From: Candidatus Woesearchaeota archaeon
GTDB taxonomy: Archaea; Nanobdellota; Nanobdellia; Woesearchaeales; B29-G15
NCBI GenBank assembly: GCA_017610005.1
Contig: JAFCCU010000001.1
Coordinates: forward strand, 80,371-144,370
Direction: 5' to 3'
Length of the DNA stretch: 64,000 nucleotides
Shown: positions 28,547 through 39,187 of the stretch, piece after piece
Position numbering within the stretch: position 1 is the stretch's first letter
Layout of the letters: each line of letters opens with the position of its first letter
Notes under the pieces: generated by a model
Seen by the model: only the letters and a program-made list of their open reading frames with translations
Database searches by the model: none
What the model was told of the DNA's origin: nothing
Position numbers and translations under genes: made by a program

Positions 28547-29353
28547 TCATAAATCATCAAGTGGACTTCTTAATTTTTTTAGCTCACTAGTACTTACTTG
28601 AGTATAAATTTGGGTAGTCTGGAGGTTAGAATGGCCCAATAATTCCTGTATTTTACGGATATCTGTACCGTTTTCAAGCATGTGGGTAGCAAAAGAATGG
28701 CGCATTGTATGGGGTGTTACATGCTTCATAATACCTGCTTTTCTAGCAGTTCTGGCAATTATTTCTTGGATATTTCTAGGGCTTATTGGCCCGTTGTGGC
28801 CAGGAAATAGATAAATTGATTTATTTTCTTTCAAATACTCTTCAATTTCGGTGCGAAGACATTCTGAGAGCAGTATTAGGCGATCTTTAGCACCCTTACC
28901 ACTACGAACCCATCCAATACCTTCTGATAATTCAAGTTCATTTACCTTAAAATTGCATAATTCAGATACTCTTATGCCTGTTGAATAAAGAAATTTGATT
29001 ATTAATTTGGTTTTAAGATAATTTGCAGCTTTTATTAAATTTTTAATTTCTTGTTTAGATAAGACAGTTGGGAGTTTTTTTGGGGCTTTTGGAGTTTTTA
29101 ATGTAACAACATTTTTTTTTAAAATTTCATCAAAATAGAATTTCAATGCAGCTTTAACTAATGCGATAGTTCTTACACTTGAATTTTTTTCATGCATTAA
29201 GTAAGCAATGTAATTTTTAACATCAGTTTCAGAAATCTCATTTTCAGTTTTTTTAATAAAATGCAGAAATTTTACATTATGATAAAAATAGGATTTTATT
29301 GTTTCTTTAGAAAAACCCCTTAATTTTAATTCTGTTATTAAATTTTCAAGCAT
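28547..29353 (-). CDS. Tyrosine recombinase/integrase (XerA/XerC-like)
   Basis: C-terminal HTMRHSFATHMLENGTDIRKIQELLGHSNLQTTQIYTQV carries the R…HxxR…Y catalytic signature. N-terminal SAM-like core-binding domain. Confidence 0.8.
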   Translation of the reverse strand: MLENLITELKLRGFSKETIKSYFYHNVKFLHFIKKTENEISETDVKNYIAYLMHEKNSSVRTIALVKAALKFYFDEILKKNVVTLKTPKAPKKLPTVLSKQEIKNLIKAANYLKTKLIIKFLYSTGIRVSELCNFKVNELELSEGIGWVRSGKGAKDRLILLSECLRTEIEEYLKENKSIYLFPGHNGPISPRNIQEIIARTARKAGIMKHVTPHTMRHSFATHMLENGTDIRKIQELLGHSNLQTTQIYTQVSTSELKKLRSPLDDL

Positions 29354-29779
29354 TTTTCACCTCTTTTATAGCTCCAAGCGTGATAACACGCGTGTAACAG
29401 TCATTATACGAACGTTTAGTATTTAATACTTTCGTTTGTCGTCGGAGAAGCCATTCTAGCCCCATATTTACGCTAAAAAGGTTAGGGTAATGGAATAAAA
29501 GAAGGGTTGAAAAGATGTGTTGTTTTGAAAAATAATCAAAATTGTAAGAAACCAAAAAAAGTGGGTTTTTTGATAATTTCATTAAAAAGTAGAATTTCTT
29601 AATTATCATCAAATTTTAACAAAATTGGAAAAAATAAAAATAAAACAACAAACTTCTGTATTTCGAACTTTTGTATAAAACAACAAAAAGTGAGATCTTT
29701 GGAAAAAAAGTATTAAAACAAGTATATAATTCTTTTCAATATTGTAAAAAATATAATTGCTTTCTAAATACCTATGATC

Positions 29780-29995
29780 AAAAGATTTAACCAAAAGCTA
29801 AAGCTTTTAATAATAAGTTCATTGTAGAAAGTTTTAAGAAATAATCAAAGGTTTTGATTATTAAATTATTTATAAAAATAATCAAAAGATTTGATTAAAA
29901 GTTAAATATTTTCATACTATAAACTTTTAAAAAATAATCAAAGGTTTTGATTAAAATAAAAAGCTAAATAATTAAAGGTTTTTGTTAAAAGTTAA
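29780..29995. promoter_or_regulatory. Array of at least five copies of the palindrome (A)TAATCAAARRTTTTGATTA(A), spaced ~40-50 bp apart in AT-rich DNA upstream of the integrase
   Basis: aataatcaaaggttttgattattaaa, aataatcaaaagatttgattaaaag, aataatcaaaggttttgattaaaat, plus degenerate copies gatcaaaagatttaacc and aattaaaggtttttgtt. Confidence 0.6.
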
Positions 29996-30211
29996 TAATT
30001 ATTTAAAATTTCTTCCGAAATTTTACTGGGGTTTAATACCCTAGACTTCAGTCCGAAATTTTTAATCCCAAAAATCCATCACTCGGACCTATCCCCAACT
30101 TAAAAGTTGGGTTATTGCGGCCCCCGAAAAAAGATGGATTTTTGTTATAACTATTAAAAATATTTGATTCTAATCTACTAATATTTTAAAAAAGAATCTT
30201 CTTAAAAACAT

Positions 30212-31156
30212 TTACATAACTAAAACAGGTTCAGGAACTGTGTATTTAGATTTATTAGGAGTTTCTGCTTGCAATTCCTCAAGAATTGGCACTAAGTGAT
30301 TCTGAACAGCATTGTCAATGTATCTCCTGCTCAAAGAAATATTTCCTGCAGCAATTGGGGCCATAGTTTTCTTAATTTGTTTGCAATAAGCATCTTGATT
30401 ACGAGGATCTTGAGTTATTGTAATTAGTCTTTGGAGATTTTCTACTGTAATAAAGTCTGATTCTCCCTTTAGGGCCGCTTTCTCTCGTAATTCAGTTAAA
30501 CCCCCTGTTGCACCTTGTTTAGCAAGATATTCTAGATCAAATAAATCTGTTCCTTTAATTACACCATCCCACTCAATCATTCGTGAGACACATGCACTAA
30601 GTTTGTCTGCATACAATTCGTCAATAGGGGTTACTAGTAAACTTCCATATTCTCCTTCAATTCGTTCTGAGTCTCCTACAGCCACATTTTTTATTTCAAC
30701 AACAACTCGAGAAGCCCCTAAATGAGATTCTCCATGATCTTTAACAAGAAGATCATCTAGACCATATTCCCGCAAAGGCATATGGTCTAAGTCGCTTCCC
30801 TGTAAATCTTGCTCTGCAAGAGCAAATGAAACTCTAAGAAAATCAGGTTCATTTTTTTGTACTTCAATCTTCAGTGGCCAAAAAACTGGCCCAGCATCTG
30901 GTTTATGTGATTGTACGATATCTATTGGTTTAGTAGTTTCATCAATAATTGATTGAGCAATTGTATCAAAATCTGCACAAGCATAATCTAGATCAGCTGA
31001 ATACCTTGGAGAACCGTGAACAAAATGCATCGCTCCTCCACCACGAAGGACAAGGGCTTCAGAGAGTATGGGATCAGTCGCAAATTTACTTAAGATTGTT
31101 TCTAAAATTCTATCCCTTGATTCAAGCTTTATCCGATGGATTTCTTGCTGTTTCAT
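30212..31156 (-). CDS. Nucleotidyltransferase of the AbiEii / DUF1814 family
   Basis: LVLRGGGAMHFVHGSPRYSADLDY matches the GGTAL…RxSxDID NTase signature of AbiEii toxins. 314 aa. Confidence 0.55.
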   Translation of the reverse strand: MKQQEIHRIKLESRDRILETILSKFATDPILSEALVLRGGGAMHFVHGSPRYSADLDYACADFDTIAQSIIDETTKPIDIVQSHKPDAGPVFWPLKIEVQKNEPDFLRVSFALAEQDLQGSDLDHMPLREYGLDDLLVKDHGESHLGASRVVVEIKNVAVGDSERIEGEYGSLLVTPIDELYADKLSACVSRMIEWDGVIKGTDLFDLEYLAKQGATGGLTELREKAALKGESDFITVENLQRLITITQDPRNQDAYCKQIKKTMAPIAAGNISLSRRYIDNAVQNHLVPILEELQAETPNKSKYTVPEPVLVM

Positions 31157-31230
31157 TAAGAAAAACTTAGGATTTCATCATTTATAAGTCTTTTGGTTTG
31201 TTTGTTACTAATCAGTAATAACAGATCAAT

Positions 31231-33660
31231 TTAATCCTCTCCAAGGTAAAGAACTTGGCTCATTTCTTTTATTATTGCTCCCGTATCCCTGCTCTCCTGG
31301 TCAACTATCTCTAATACATTTCCCCTTTGGTGGACTACTTTTAAGCCATTACTTGATAACTGTTCTTTTAAAAGTGAATACCCTTGTTCAATCATTGGTC
31401 CAAATTCCTGTGTTAAAATGCCTGTTTGCCAAAAAAAAGCTTTGGCATTTCGTTGAAGATGCTGCCTCTGTGAACTTAAGAATAAAAAGTCTTCAGTGGA
31501 CAAGTTTTGGGCATTAATTAACTCTTTAATATCCTCCGGTATCCTCTTGTCTAACCTGGCTATTGCTTGTTCATATCTAGTTGTTTCAAACCCTTCAACT
31601 TCTTCTGCAGCAACAGCCAGCACTGGGTTGCCATGATAAGCAAGAGCGAATTCTTTTTGAAAAAATGTACCTTCGTCTCTTTTAACAATTGTTAATAAGT
31701 CTCTTTTAATCTTGCGTTTAAGTTCAGGTTTTGTTAAGAGTAATTCTTCTACTCCCTCTTCTGCCAATAAAACAATCTCTTTTAATGCAACCCTATACTG
31801 ATTAATAATCTTTCTTCTTTGATCCCAATCCTTGCTAAATTCTTCATGTAAACCTCTAAATTCATCTCGAGAAACACCTGTATAATTAAATAAGTCTGAA
31901 TAATCATGATTGAGTTTTTCAGTGTATAAAAAACCAATAAGTAAGTTTTCTGCAATTGGTTCTAAATATCTAATAAATGTGAGCGAGTCATTTCCCCTAT
32001 CTAATGAGGTTCTGTAAGCCTCAAAAAGAGCTTTTGTTTCAGGGACTCTTTTAACAATAACATCTTCAATAAAAAGTGGCCAAGGAACGTAAGCAAGGTG
32101 GCGTGAGCCTGCAGATTCTTCTGTTGGAAGTTGCCTTAATTTTTTCCCGTCTTCTTTTAATTTTTTCTTTTTAGGATTTAAGATAATATCAGGAATTCTA
32201 TGCCTTCCATATCGTTTATAAAACCTCTTATCAATAAGTTCTGTAAGTGCTTCTCTTCTTAGTGTGAGATTTTTCAAGGGAATGCCAGTTAGATTTGCTA
32301 TTTCTTGGAGGCTTTGTTTTTGAGGTTCAATCTTATTATCTACTGCAATCATGATTGCAGTATCTTCTATAGCGTATTGGCCGATAAGATTTATTGTTTC
32401 AGTATCACCAAGCTCAGCAAGAAGACTTAGATAGTTTAGAAAGTCTCTAGGTAAACCTTTTTTAAAAGTGATGTCCAGTTGTTTGCAAATAGCTTCAAGA
32501 TTTCTGCGTTTAAATTGAGGAATACAATTAAATGCAATATAAAGTGGATCAATAATAATTGCATCAGCAAATCTTTCTTTGACAAAAAATTCACTATCTC
32601 CATTTTTTATTGAAGACTTTCTTGGCCCTCTATTGTGCAAATCTGCCCAAGAATTATCTTTTTGCAATTTTGTTTGTATTTTTTTTAATTCCTCAAAGTC
32701 GTAGCCATGGTAATGAAGAATAAATGAAAAAGGTGCTTCTTTATGCCAAATGTCTCTGGCCCAATCCCTCATTTCCATAGTAGAAATTACAGCCTTTAGA
32801 TTTTGTTTTTGGCGTTCATGGTGGGTTGCAAATATCAATGAGAGTGCAGGGAAAATTGAGGGAGAATATGTACTAATATTTTCCCCTAAACTTTCAATAG
32901 CTTGGGAAAATTCATCATATATGGTGCCAAACCTTTCATAAACTCGATCTTTTTTTGCACCTTTTCTTTTTAGGGCTTTTTGAAATTCAATAAATCTTGC
33001 TTCAACTGCTTCATCAGTTGCTAAGAATTGGTGCACTTGAAACTCTACTCCTTCTGCTTTAAGAATTCCTTCTAAAGGGGTTGTTGTTCCAAGATGGCCT
33101 TCATATTTTCCATCTCTTTTAATTATCAATGCATTATGGCTCATATGGCCTTTTGAATGTTGCAACATAACATTTGCCCATTCAAATATTTCTTTTTCTG
33201 TGGCCCCTTCAAGCTCTGGAGTCAATAAAATGGCTTTAGGTATAAAATACTCATTAAACCATTCTTTAAAAACAGGATTTTCTAAAGAAGGAGGAGAATC
33301 ATCACTAAAGAAAGCAAATTCAGTATCCATATAAATTCGATTTTTAGATAAGAGGTTTACATCCTCTTCAAGTACAGATATTGTGTTTGGGGCAAAATTT
33401 ATACCTGTCCTGCTCCATTCTAGGATATTTTGGCTGGGATTTTCAGCTACTTTTTTTAATAGTTCTGGATTAATTTGAACATATCTTTCAAGGCTTCCTA
33501 ATTCCCAGGATAACACTTTAGCAGCACTCTTTAAGTTTGGAGGAATTGAGCTTCTTAACGTGCAAACCGGGCCAGTTTCATCTCTAAATGTAAAAAGAGC
33601 CTCTCTTCTGTCTTCTCCTTTCACTTTATGCACAGTGATGGAGTCATTAATAATTGGCAT
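31231..33660 (-). CDS. Large hypothetical protein (809 aa) with possible DEDD-type exonuclease-like motifs
   Basis: RIYMDTEF (DxE-like) and GQYAIEDTA (YxxxD-like), but the spacing is atypical. Otherwise no recognised domain. Confidence 0.4.
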   Translation of the reverse strand: MPIINDSITVHKVKGEDRREALFTFRDETGPVCTLRSSIPPNLKSAAKVLSWELGSLERYVQINPELLKKVAENPSQNILEWSRTGINFAPNTISVLEEDVNLLSKNRIYMDTEFAFFSDDSPPSLENPVFKEWFNEYFIPKAILLTPELEGATEKEIFEWANVMLQHSKGHMSHNALIIKRDGKYEGHLGTTTPLEGILKAEGVEFQVHQFLATDEAVEARFIEFQKALKRKGAKKDRVYERFGTIYDEFSQAIESLGENISTYSPSIFPALSLIFATHHERQKQNLKAVISTMEMRDWARDIWHKEAPFSFILHYHGYDFEELKKIQTKLQKDNSWADLHNRGPRKSSIKNGDSEFFVKERFADAIIIDPLYIAFNCIPQFKRRNLEAICKQLDITFKKGLPRDFLNYLSLLAELGDTETINLIGQYAIEDTAIMIAVDNKIEPQKQSLQEIANLTGIPLKNLTLRREALTELIDKRFYKRYGRHRIPDIILNPKKKKLKEDGKKLRQLPTEESAGSRHLAYVPWPLFIEDVIVKRVPETKALFEAYRTSLDRGNDSLTFIRYLEPIAENLLIGFLYTEKLNHDYSDLFNYTGVSRDEFRGLHEEFSKDWDQRRKIINQYRVALKEIVLLAEEGVEELLLTKPELKRKIKRDLLTIVKRDEGTFFQKEFALAYHGNPVLAVAAEEVEGFETTRYEQAIARLDKRIPEDIKELINAQNLSTEDFLFLSSQRQHLQRNAKAFFWQTGILTQEFGPMIEQGYSLLKEQLSSNGLKVVHQRGNVLEIVDQESRDTGAIIKEMSQVLYLGED

Positions 33661-33745
33661 TATCTGCAGAGAGTACCGGCAGGTTTTTAAAGTTTTTTAT
33701 TTTATTTACTAATTAGTAGTCAATATTTAGAAAAATGGTTAAAAA

Positions 33746-35350
33746 ATGGCAAATGTTGTAAATTATTTCCCATTTCCTGTATTAAGGCCTCATCAAGCAG
33801 AGTTTTTAGAGGCTATTGTTCAAGCTTTTGATTCTGGGTATAAATATGTCCCTCTTGAAGCACCAACTGGTTTTGGAAAATCTCCCTTAGCAGTGGCTTT
33901 GGGGAATTATTACGGAGATCAAGGGAATGGGACCCATATCTTAACCTCTACAAAACAGCTTCAAACACAATATCTTTCAACTTTTCCTAATGATGTTAGA
34001 ACAGTCAAGGGGAGGGCAAATTTTACTTGCAATGCAGTAAATGTTTTAATTGATCAAGCAAAGGTTCCTACTTCTAGGGCCCCTTGTATTACTGATCCTA
34101 AATATGATTGCTCTTTAAAGCCAGGACTTGCAGGAGAGGATTTAGCAGCAATTTCAGCTAACCGTGGGCCTTTATTTTGGAAATCAAAAGAACACTGTAC
34201 CTATTGGGCTCAAAAAACTGGCGCTATGAATTCCAAAATTGCACTCCACAATTATCCTTACTTTATTGGTGAAACAGAACATGTTGGAGATTTTGGAAAA
34301 CGTGACTTACTAATTTGTGATGAGGCTCATAACATTGAATCTGAGATTATGAAATATGTGGGGTTAAAAGTTGATGCACGCACACTTAAACAATGTGGAC
34401 TTAGAATTGAGGGTGATGTTGAAGAGGCAGTTAGGTATAGAACTGTCTTAGATACTCTTGCTGATAATTTAAGGCAATTAGTTGATATTGAAGTTGATCC
34501 AGAAAGAGCTAATGAACTGGAACAACTTTTAGGTAAAACCCAAATGGTTGCTGATGGGATTGATTGCAATCCTAAAAATTGGGTTGTGCTTCATACTAAT
34601 GGAGGAATTGAATTTAAACCTTTACAAATTTCTAATTATACTAAAGACCTTTTGTTTAACAAAGGAGAGCGTGTTTTGCTTATGTCTGCAACAATACTTA
34701 ACATAAATATGCTCCAGAGGTATCTAGGACTTGACCCTAGAGAGGTTGCACCTATTCTTAAGGTGCCTGCTCAGATATCCCCTGACCAGCGAAAATTTCA
34801 TTTAAGATATGTTGGGAGTATGAGTAGAGAATCTAGAACTGAAACAATGCCAAGATTAATTGAAGAAGTAGATAAAATAATTACAGAACATCCTCATGAA
34901 AAAGGAATAATTCATTCAGTTTCTTACCAAAATGCAAAAGAAATTTATTCTGGAGTTTCGAGTCATTCAAGAAGCAGACTCTTGTTTCCAACCTCTTCGC
35001 AACAGATACCTCGCAATATGGAGATCCACACAACTTCATCTGATCCAACTGTTCTTCTTTCTCCAAGTATGAAAGAAGGAGTAGACTTAGTAGAAGCTCT
35101 ATCGAGGTTTCAAGTGATGGTAAAAGTTCCCTATCCTTTCTTGGGAGATCCCCAAATTATGAGGAGGATGAAAAATGATAGATCTTGGTACGAATGGATG
35201 ACTCTTGTAAGTTTGATTCAAACAGCTGGTCGTTCTGTGAGGTCTACTGAGGATTGGGCAGAAACCTTTATTTTAGATTCTGCTTTTGATAATCTAAAAA
35301 ATTCTAGGTTAATTCCTAAGTGGTTTAAGGAAGCTTATGTTTCTGGTTAG
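33746..35350 (+). CDS. XPD/Rad3-family SF2 DNA helicase with an FeS-cluster domain
   Basis: Motif I EAPTGFGKS, DEAH box LICDEAHN, four Cys (FTCNAV, APCITDPKYDCS, HCTYW) in the FeS-domain position, motif VI QTAGRSVR. 534 aa, like the short archaeal XPDs. Confidence 0.75.
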   Translation: MANVVNYFPFPVLRPHQAEFLEAIVQAFDSGYKYVPLEAPTGFGKSPLAVALGNYYGDQGNGTHILTSTKQLQTQYLSTFPNDVRTVKGRANFTCNAVNVLIDQAKVPTSRAPCITDPKYDCSLKPGLAGEDLAAISANRGPLFWKSKEHCTYWAQKTGAMNSKIALHNYPYFIGETEHVGDFGKRDLLICDEAHNIESEIMKYVGLKVDARTLKQCGLRIEGDVEEAVRYRTVLDTLADNLRQLVDIEVDPERANELEQLLGKTQMVADGIDCNPKNWVVLHTNGGIEFKPLQISNYTKDLLFNKGERVLLMSATILNINMLQRYLGLDPREVAPILKVPAQISPDQRKFHLRYVGSMSRESRTETMPRLIEEVDKIITEHPHEKGIIHSVSYQNAKEIYSGVSSHSRSRLLFPTSSQQIPRNMEIHTTSSDPTVLLSPSMKEGVDLVEALSRFQVMVKVPYPFLGDPQIMRRMKNDRSWYEWMTLVSLIQTAGRSVRSTEDWAETFILDSAFDNLKNSRLIPKWFKEAYVSG

Positions 35351-35586
35351 GATTTTTATTTGGTATAAGAGTGATCTAACTGAGTTTCTATTAGCGTTTG
35401 CACCCCCTATATGAAACGTTCCCAGGCACTGCCCTTTCTTCATTATAGTTTACAAGCCCAACAGTGCCCTTGATCTTTAATACTCTTATTAAAAAAACAT
35501 TTAGGTAATATTAACCAAAAAGAACAGCCACGTAAATGGCAACCCCTTTTCTTAATCCATAAAGAAAAAAGATTTAGCCAAAAGTA

Positions 35587-36063
35587 TTACTCTTTCTTTT
35601 GATATTCAAGCAAGAAAATCTCCTCTTTTTTCTTAGTCCAATGAGGAAGTGTATCCACAAGTTCAAATCCCAATTTTTCCCAGAATAAGGATAATTGGGC
35701 GTAATCTGAATCAGTTTTTACAGTTATTTTGGCTTTTGGAAACTTTTCTAGAATTAAATTAGTAGCAAATTCAATTAAGAATTTACCTCCTCCCCTTCTT
35801 TGATAGTTTCTTCTTACAACTAAATGGTTAAGTCTAAATTCTTTAGGCGTTACTTTTCTAATGCAGACTCCACCGACAATTTCTCTATCAATTCCAACAA
35901 ATACTCCACCAGTTTTACCATGCTTTTTTTCATAATCTTTAAGATAGGTAAGTACTTCTGGTGTTTCTTGTGAAAAAACTCCATGGCCATCAGGAAAAGA
36001 ACTTTTCCCTAATTGATCATAGATGGGATATTCTTCAGGTTTGGCTTTTCTTATTTCTATCAT
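35587..36063 (-). CDS. GNAT-family N-acetyltransferase
   Basis: Motif A NYQRRGGGKFLIEFA (Q/RxxGxG/A). Confidence 0.65.
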   Translation of the reverse strand: MIEIRKAKPEEYPIYDQLGKSSFPDGHGVFSQETPEVLTYLKDYEKKHGKTGGVFVGIDREIVGGVCIRKVTPKEFRLNHLVVRRNYQRRGGGKFLIEFATNLILEKFPKAKITVKTDSDYAQLSLFWEKLGFELVDTLPHWTKKKEEIFLLEYQKKE

Positions 36064-36785
36064 CCTAAATAGTCCAGCTTTTTCTTTTCATGAATTTCAG
36101 ATGCCATCTTGCCTTTCATTAGAATATTTTTTAATTTATCTTCAAATTCTTGAGCTTGTTTTAATAATGGTTCATAATCAACTGCAAGCCCTAGATATTT
36201 ATCTAATGCCATAATAATTCCCGCAGCAGCTTTACTGTCAGGGAGTTTTGTATGAGTTTTTGCAAAGAAGCATGTTAATGGGATTTTGCCACTTTTTAAA
36301 ATTAAAGCAGAGGTTAAACCCATAATAATTCCATCTTGAAGTTTATTCAATGCAAGATGTTTCATTTTTAATTCAATTGCGTGGGTGTTTGTATAGTAAA
36401 AAACAGATCCATCTTTTACACTTTCGTCAATTTCTTGTTCTTGAGCACCAACACCTTCAATACTTATTACTTCTCTTGCATTAAGTTTAGTATAAAGTTC
36501 TAAAATTGCAATAGATAATTCCCATTCATTCCCATACATCATATTTAGGCCATGAACAATCACCATATTTTTTTCTTTATTATAATAAATTCCAAGAGGC
36601 TCAATAATCTTACCTTTATGAATGGCAACAATAGCAGGAGCATCATCAAAAATAATTTTACCAATCTGTTCAAACTTCATATGTTCCATCAAAAATTCAG
36701 TAGAAATTGTCCCTATCAGTCCAATACCTGGAAATCCTTCAATGAGAGTTACGTTTTTTGGTTTTTTATTAAGCCTTACTTCCAT
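36060..36785 (-). CDS. PAC2-family proteasome assembly chaperone (PbaA/PbaB-like)
   Basis: N-terminal LIEGFPGIGLIGTISTEFL typical of the PAC2/COG1938 family. Adjacent to lonB. Confidence 0.6.
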   Translation of the reverse strand: MEVRLNKKPKNVTLIEGFPGIGLIGTISTEFLMEHMKFEQIGKIIFDDAPAIVAIHKGKIIEPLGIYYNKEKNMVIVHGLNMMYGNEWELSIAILELYTKLNAREVISIEGVGAQEQEIDESVKDGSVFYYTNTHAIELKMKHLALNKLQDGIIMGLTSALILKSGKIPLTCFFAKTHTKLPDSKAAAGIIMALDKYLGLAVDYEPLLKQAQEFEDKLKNILMKGKMASEIHEKKKLDYLG

Positions 36786-36797
36786 TTTGCCACCTCT

Positions 36798-38690
36798 TTA
36801 ATTTCTGTTTTGTTTTAGAGCTTTTAAAACTTTCTCTTGCCCTTTCCAATTTAGGGCGTGTTCAAGCACTTCACTTATGTGGGTTACAGGTATTATTTTT
36901 ATCTTATTTTCCTTATCTTTTGATATAACAATATCTTCAATATTAGATTTTGGTACAATTGCTACTTTTATTCCTGTTTCAATAGCAGCTTCTATTTTTG
37001 GAGTAATTCCTCCAACTGGTAAAACATCTCCTCTCACAGATAATGAACCAGTCATACAAACACCTTGTTTAACAGGTAGCCCCTTTAATGCAGAGATAAT
37101 TGCAGTTGCAACAGCAATACTTGCTGAATCACCTTCTAAGCCATCATAGCTTTGCAAGAATTGTACAAAAACATCATATTTATCCTTTAGATCCTCTCCA
37201 AAGTTCTTCCTAATAATTGCAGTAACATTGATTATTGCTTCTTTAGCAATTTCTCCCAATTTACCTGTAGCAACAATTCGTTTCTCCTTGCCCCCTGGAG
37301 TAACTTCAGCTTCAATTGGCTGGATTATCCCAGAATAAGCTTGGTCAGAACCAAAGACTGCAAGCCCGTTGACCCTTCCTACTTTTTCACCGCTAGTCCT
37401 AATTACTTCATATTCTTTTCTTCTATCTATATATTCATCTGCCATCTGTTGTTCAACTGGCCTTGCAGTTTTTCTAGCTGAGATTACGTGATTTACAGTA
37501 ACAAACTTTGCTTTCTCTTTTACTGCAATATCTCCTGCAGCTCTAATCAGTCCACCAAGTCCTCTTAACATTAAAGTAAAATGGCCTTTTCGAGGAGATC
37601 TCCTTTTAGCTTCTTTGATTATTTCTTCAACAGCTGATTTATCAAAATGAGGAATTTTTTTGTCCTTAATAACTTCTTGAGCAACAAATCTTACTAGTTT
37701 GTCTTTATTTTTTTGAGTGTTTTTCATTGATTCATTCATAAAGACTTCATAACCGTATCCTCTTATTCTGGATCTTAACGCTGGATGCATTTCTCTTAAG
37801 GTTTCAACATTTCCAGCAGCAACTAATACAAAGTCACAAGGTACTGGTTCAGTTTTAACCATAGCACCTGCTGATCTTTCAGATTGGCCAGTAATTGAAA
37901 ATTCTTTATTTTGTATGGCTGAAAGTAATTCTTGTTGGGTTGTTGGTGTAAGGGTTGCAATTTCATCAAAAAATAAAACTCCTTTATGGGCTTTGTGAAT
38001 CATTCCTGCCATAACTCTCATATTTGCAGGTGTGCCTAGGCCTCCTGACTGAAATGGATCGTGAAGTACGTCGCCAAGAAGAGCTCCTGCATGAGCACCA
38101 GTTGCATCATGAAATGGCGCTTGTTTTTTCTTATGATTGTCAACAATTAACTTTGGTGGGACTGATTTAGTTTGAAACATGCGCTTTCCAAACGATAAAA
38201 ACATCATAAATGCACCTAAAAAGACCATACTTCCTAAAAAAATACCTACAAACATTATTCCTCCTAGAAGCATTGAACCTCCTTCAATATCTGAATAATA
38301 ATTAAATGAGTACCAAGGAGCAATCATTGCAATTATTAATATCGCAAATAGAATAACATTTTGAAATTTAAAAATATTGTTTCCCTGAGCTTTTGCTTGC
38401 CCAATTAAAGTTCTTCCTTGGCCAGCCTTAACTTCTCTAATCAATGGTGCAAATTCATCATTAGGGTTTGCAAAAGATAACACATCCTTAAGTTTTTCTT
38501 TGGGCAAAAGTTCAGCTAGAGCCATTCCAAGCATACTTTTCCCTGTTCCTGGCTTACCTAGAAGTAAAACATGTCTTCGTTGTAATGCTGCTTCTTTAAT
38601 AATTTCAACAGCCCCTTCTTGACCAATGATTTGGTCAACTATTCGCTTCTTTACAGTTATATCCTTTGTAGTTTTATATTTCATCCCCAA
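36798..38690 (-). CDS. lonB: Archaeal membrane-bound Lon protease (LonB)
   Basis: Walker A GKPGTGKS; two TM helices inserted in the AAA+ domain; C-terminal protease domain with the [16 protein letters not shown] Ser-Lys dyad motif. Confidence 0.9.
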   Translation of the reverse strand: MGMKYKTTKDITVKKRIVDQIIGQEGAVEIIKEAALQRRHVLLLGKPGTGKSMLGMALAELLPKEKLKDVLSFANPNDEFAPLIREVKAGQGRTLIGQAKAQGNNIFKFQNVILFAILIIAMIAPWYSFNYYSDIEGGSMLLGGIMFVGIFLGSMVFLGAFMMFLSFGKRMFQTKSVPPKLIVDNHKKKQAPFHDATGAHAGALLGDVLHDPFQSGGLGTPANMRVMAGMIHKAHKGVLFFDEIATLTPTTQQELLSAIQNKEFSITGQSERSAGAMVKTEPVPCDFVLVAAGNVETLREMHPALRSRIRGYGYEVFMNESMKNTQKNKDKLVRFVAQEVIKDKKIPHFDKSAVEEIIKEAKRRSPRKGHFTLMLRGLGGLIRAAGDIAVKEKAKFVTVNHVISARKTARPVEQQMADEYIDRRKEYEVIRTSGEKVGRVNGLAVFGSDQAYSGIIQPIEAEVTPGGKEKRIVATGKLGEIAKEAIINVTAIIRKNFGEDLKDKYDVFVQFLQSYDGLEGDSASIAVATAIISALKGLPVKQGVCMTGSLSVRGDVLPVGGITPKIEAAIETGIKVAIVPKSNIEDIVISKDKENKIKIIPVTHISEVLEHALNWKGQEKVLKALKQNRN

Positions 38691-38743
38691 TATCGGGATA
38701 AATCAAGGGTTTAAAAAGGTTGTGAAAAAAGTACTTAGATTTT

Positions 38744-39187
38744 TTAGCTATACCATTCCGGCGCAACATTATTTAATGCTTTAATAAGAACACTTGAAAC
38801 AACATTAATTGCTGGTACAGGAGAATTGGCTACTTCTACTTTCTTTTCATAGTTATCTGTTTTCACATACATTCCTGTACACATCCCTCCAATAACATAC
38901 TTGTTTATGTAGGAATCTTCTAAAGAAGTAAAATTATATTCATCTAATAATCCAATAATTTCCCTTACTTTTTGTCTTGAAATTGAGGCATTTTTAATAA
39001 GCTTCTCACTGCCATGGGATACTAAGATATCTATATCCCCGCGGCCATTTAATGTAATTTGAGTCCAGCCCCAGGATTGGTTACAGGAACCAAACCCATA
39101 TTGAAGATTAATATTTTGAGGGGCACAGCTAATTAATATAATTACTAAAAAGAAAATTAAAAATTTACATCTCTTCAACGACATCAA
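38744..39187 (-). CDS. Hypothetical secreted/lipoprotein-like protein
   Basis: N-terminal hydrophobic signal FLIFFLVIILISCAPQ with a Cys after the hydrophobic core. Confidence 0.4.
   Translation of the reverse strand: MMSLKRCKFLIFFLVIILISCAPQNINLQYGFGSCNQSWGWTQITLNGRGDIDILVSHGSEKLIKNASISRQKVREIIGLLDEYNFTSLEDSYINKYVIGGMCTGMYVKTDNYEKKVEVANSPVPAINVVSSVLIKALNNVAPEWYS

Noticed and set aside
29346-29794. Minus-strand ORFs 29346-29612 and 29609-29794
   Set aside because: They lie in ~15%-GC intergenic DNA with low-complexity translations (F/L/K/N-rich) and overlap the integrase start; chance ORFs.
29990-30140. Possible tRNA integration target next to the integrase
   Set aside because: I searched for acceptor-stem and T-loop (GTTCRAnYC) patterns on both strands and found no cloverleaf. 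The hairpin CCCAACTTTTAAGTTGGGG plus a T-run on the minus strand reads better as a terminator of the AbiEii-like gene.
31275-32941. Plus-strand ORFs 31275-31517 and 32750-32941
   Set aside because: Embedded antisense in the 809-aa minus-strand gene.
36023-37149. Plus-strand ORFs 36023-36214, 36552-36818 and 36877-37149
   Set aside because: Antisense to the GNAT, PAC2 and lonB genes, which all have strong motif support.
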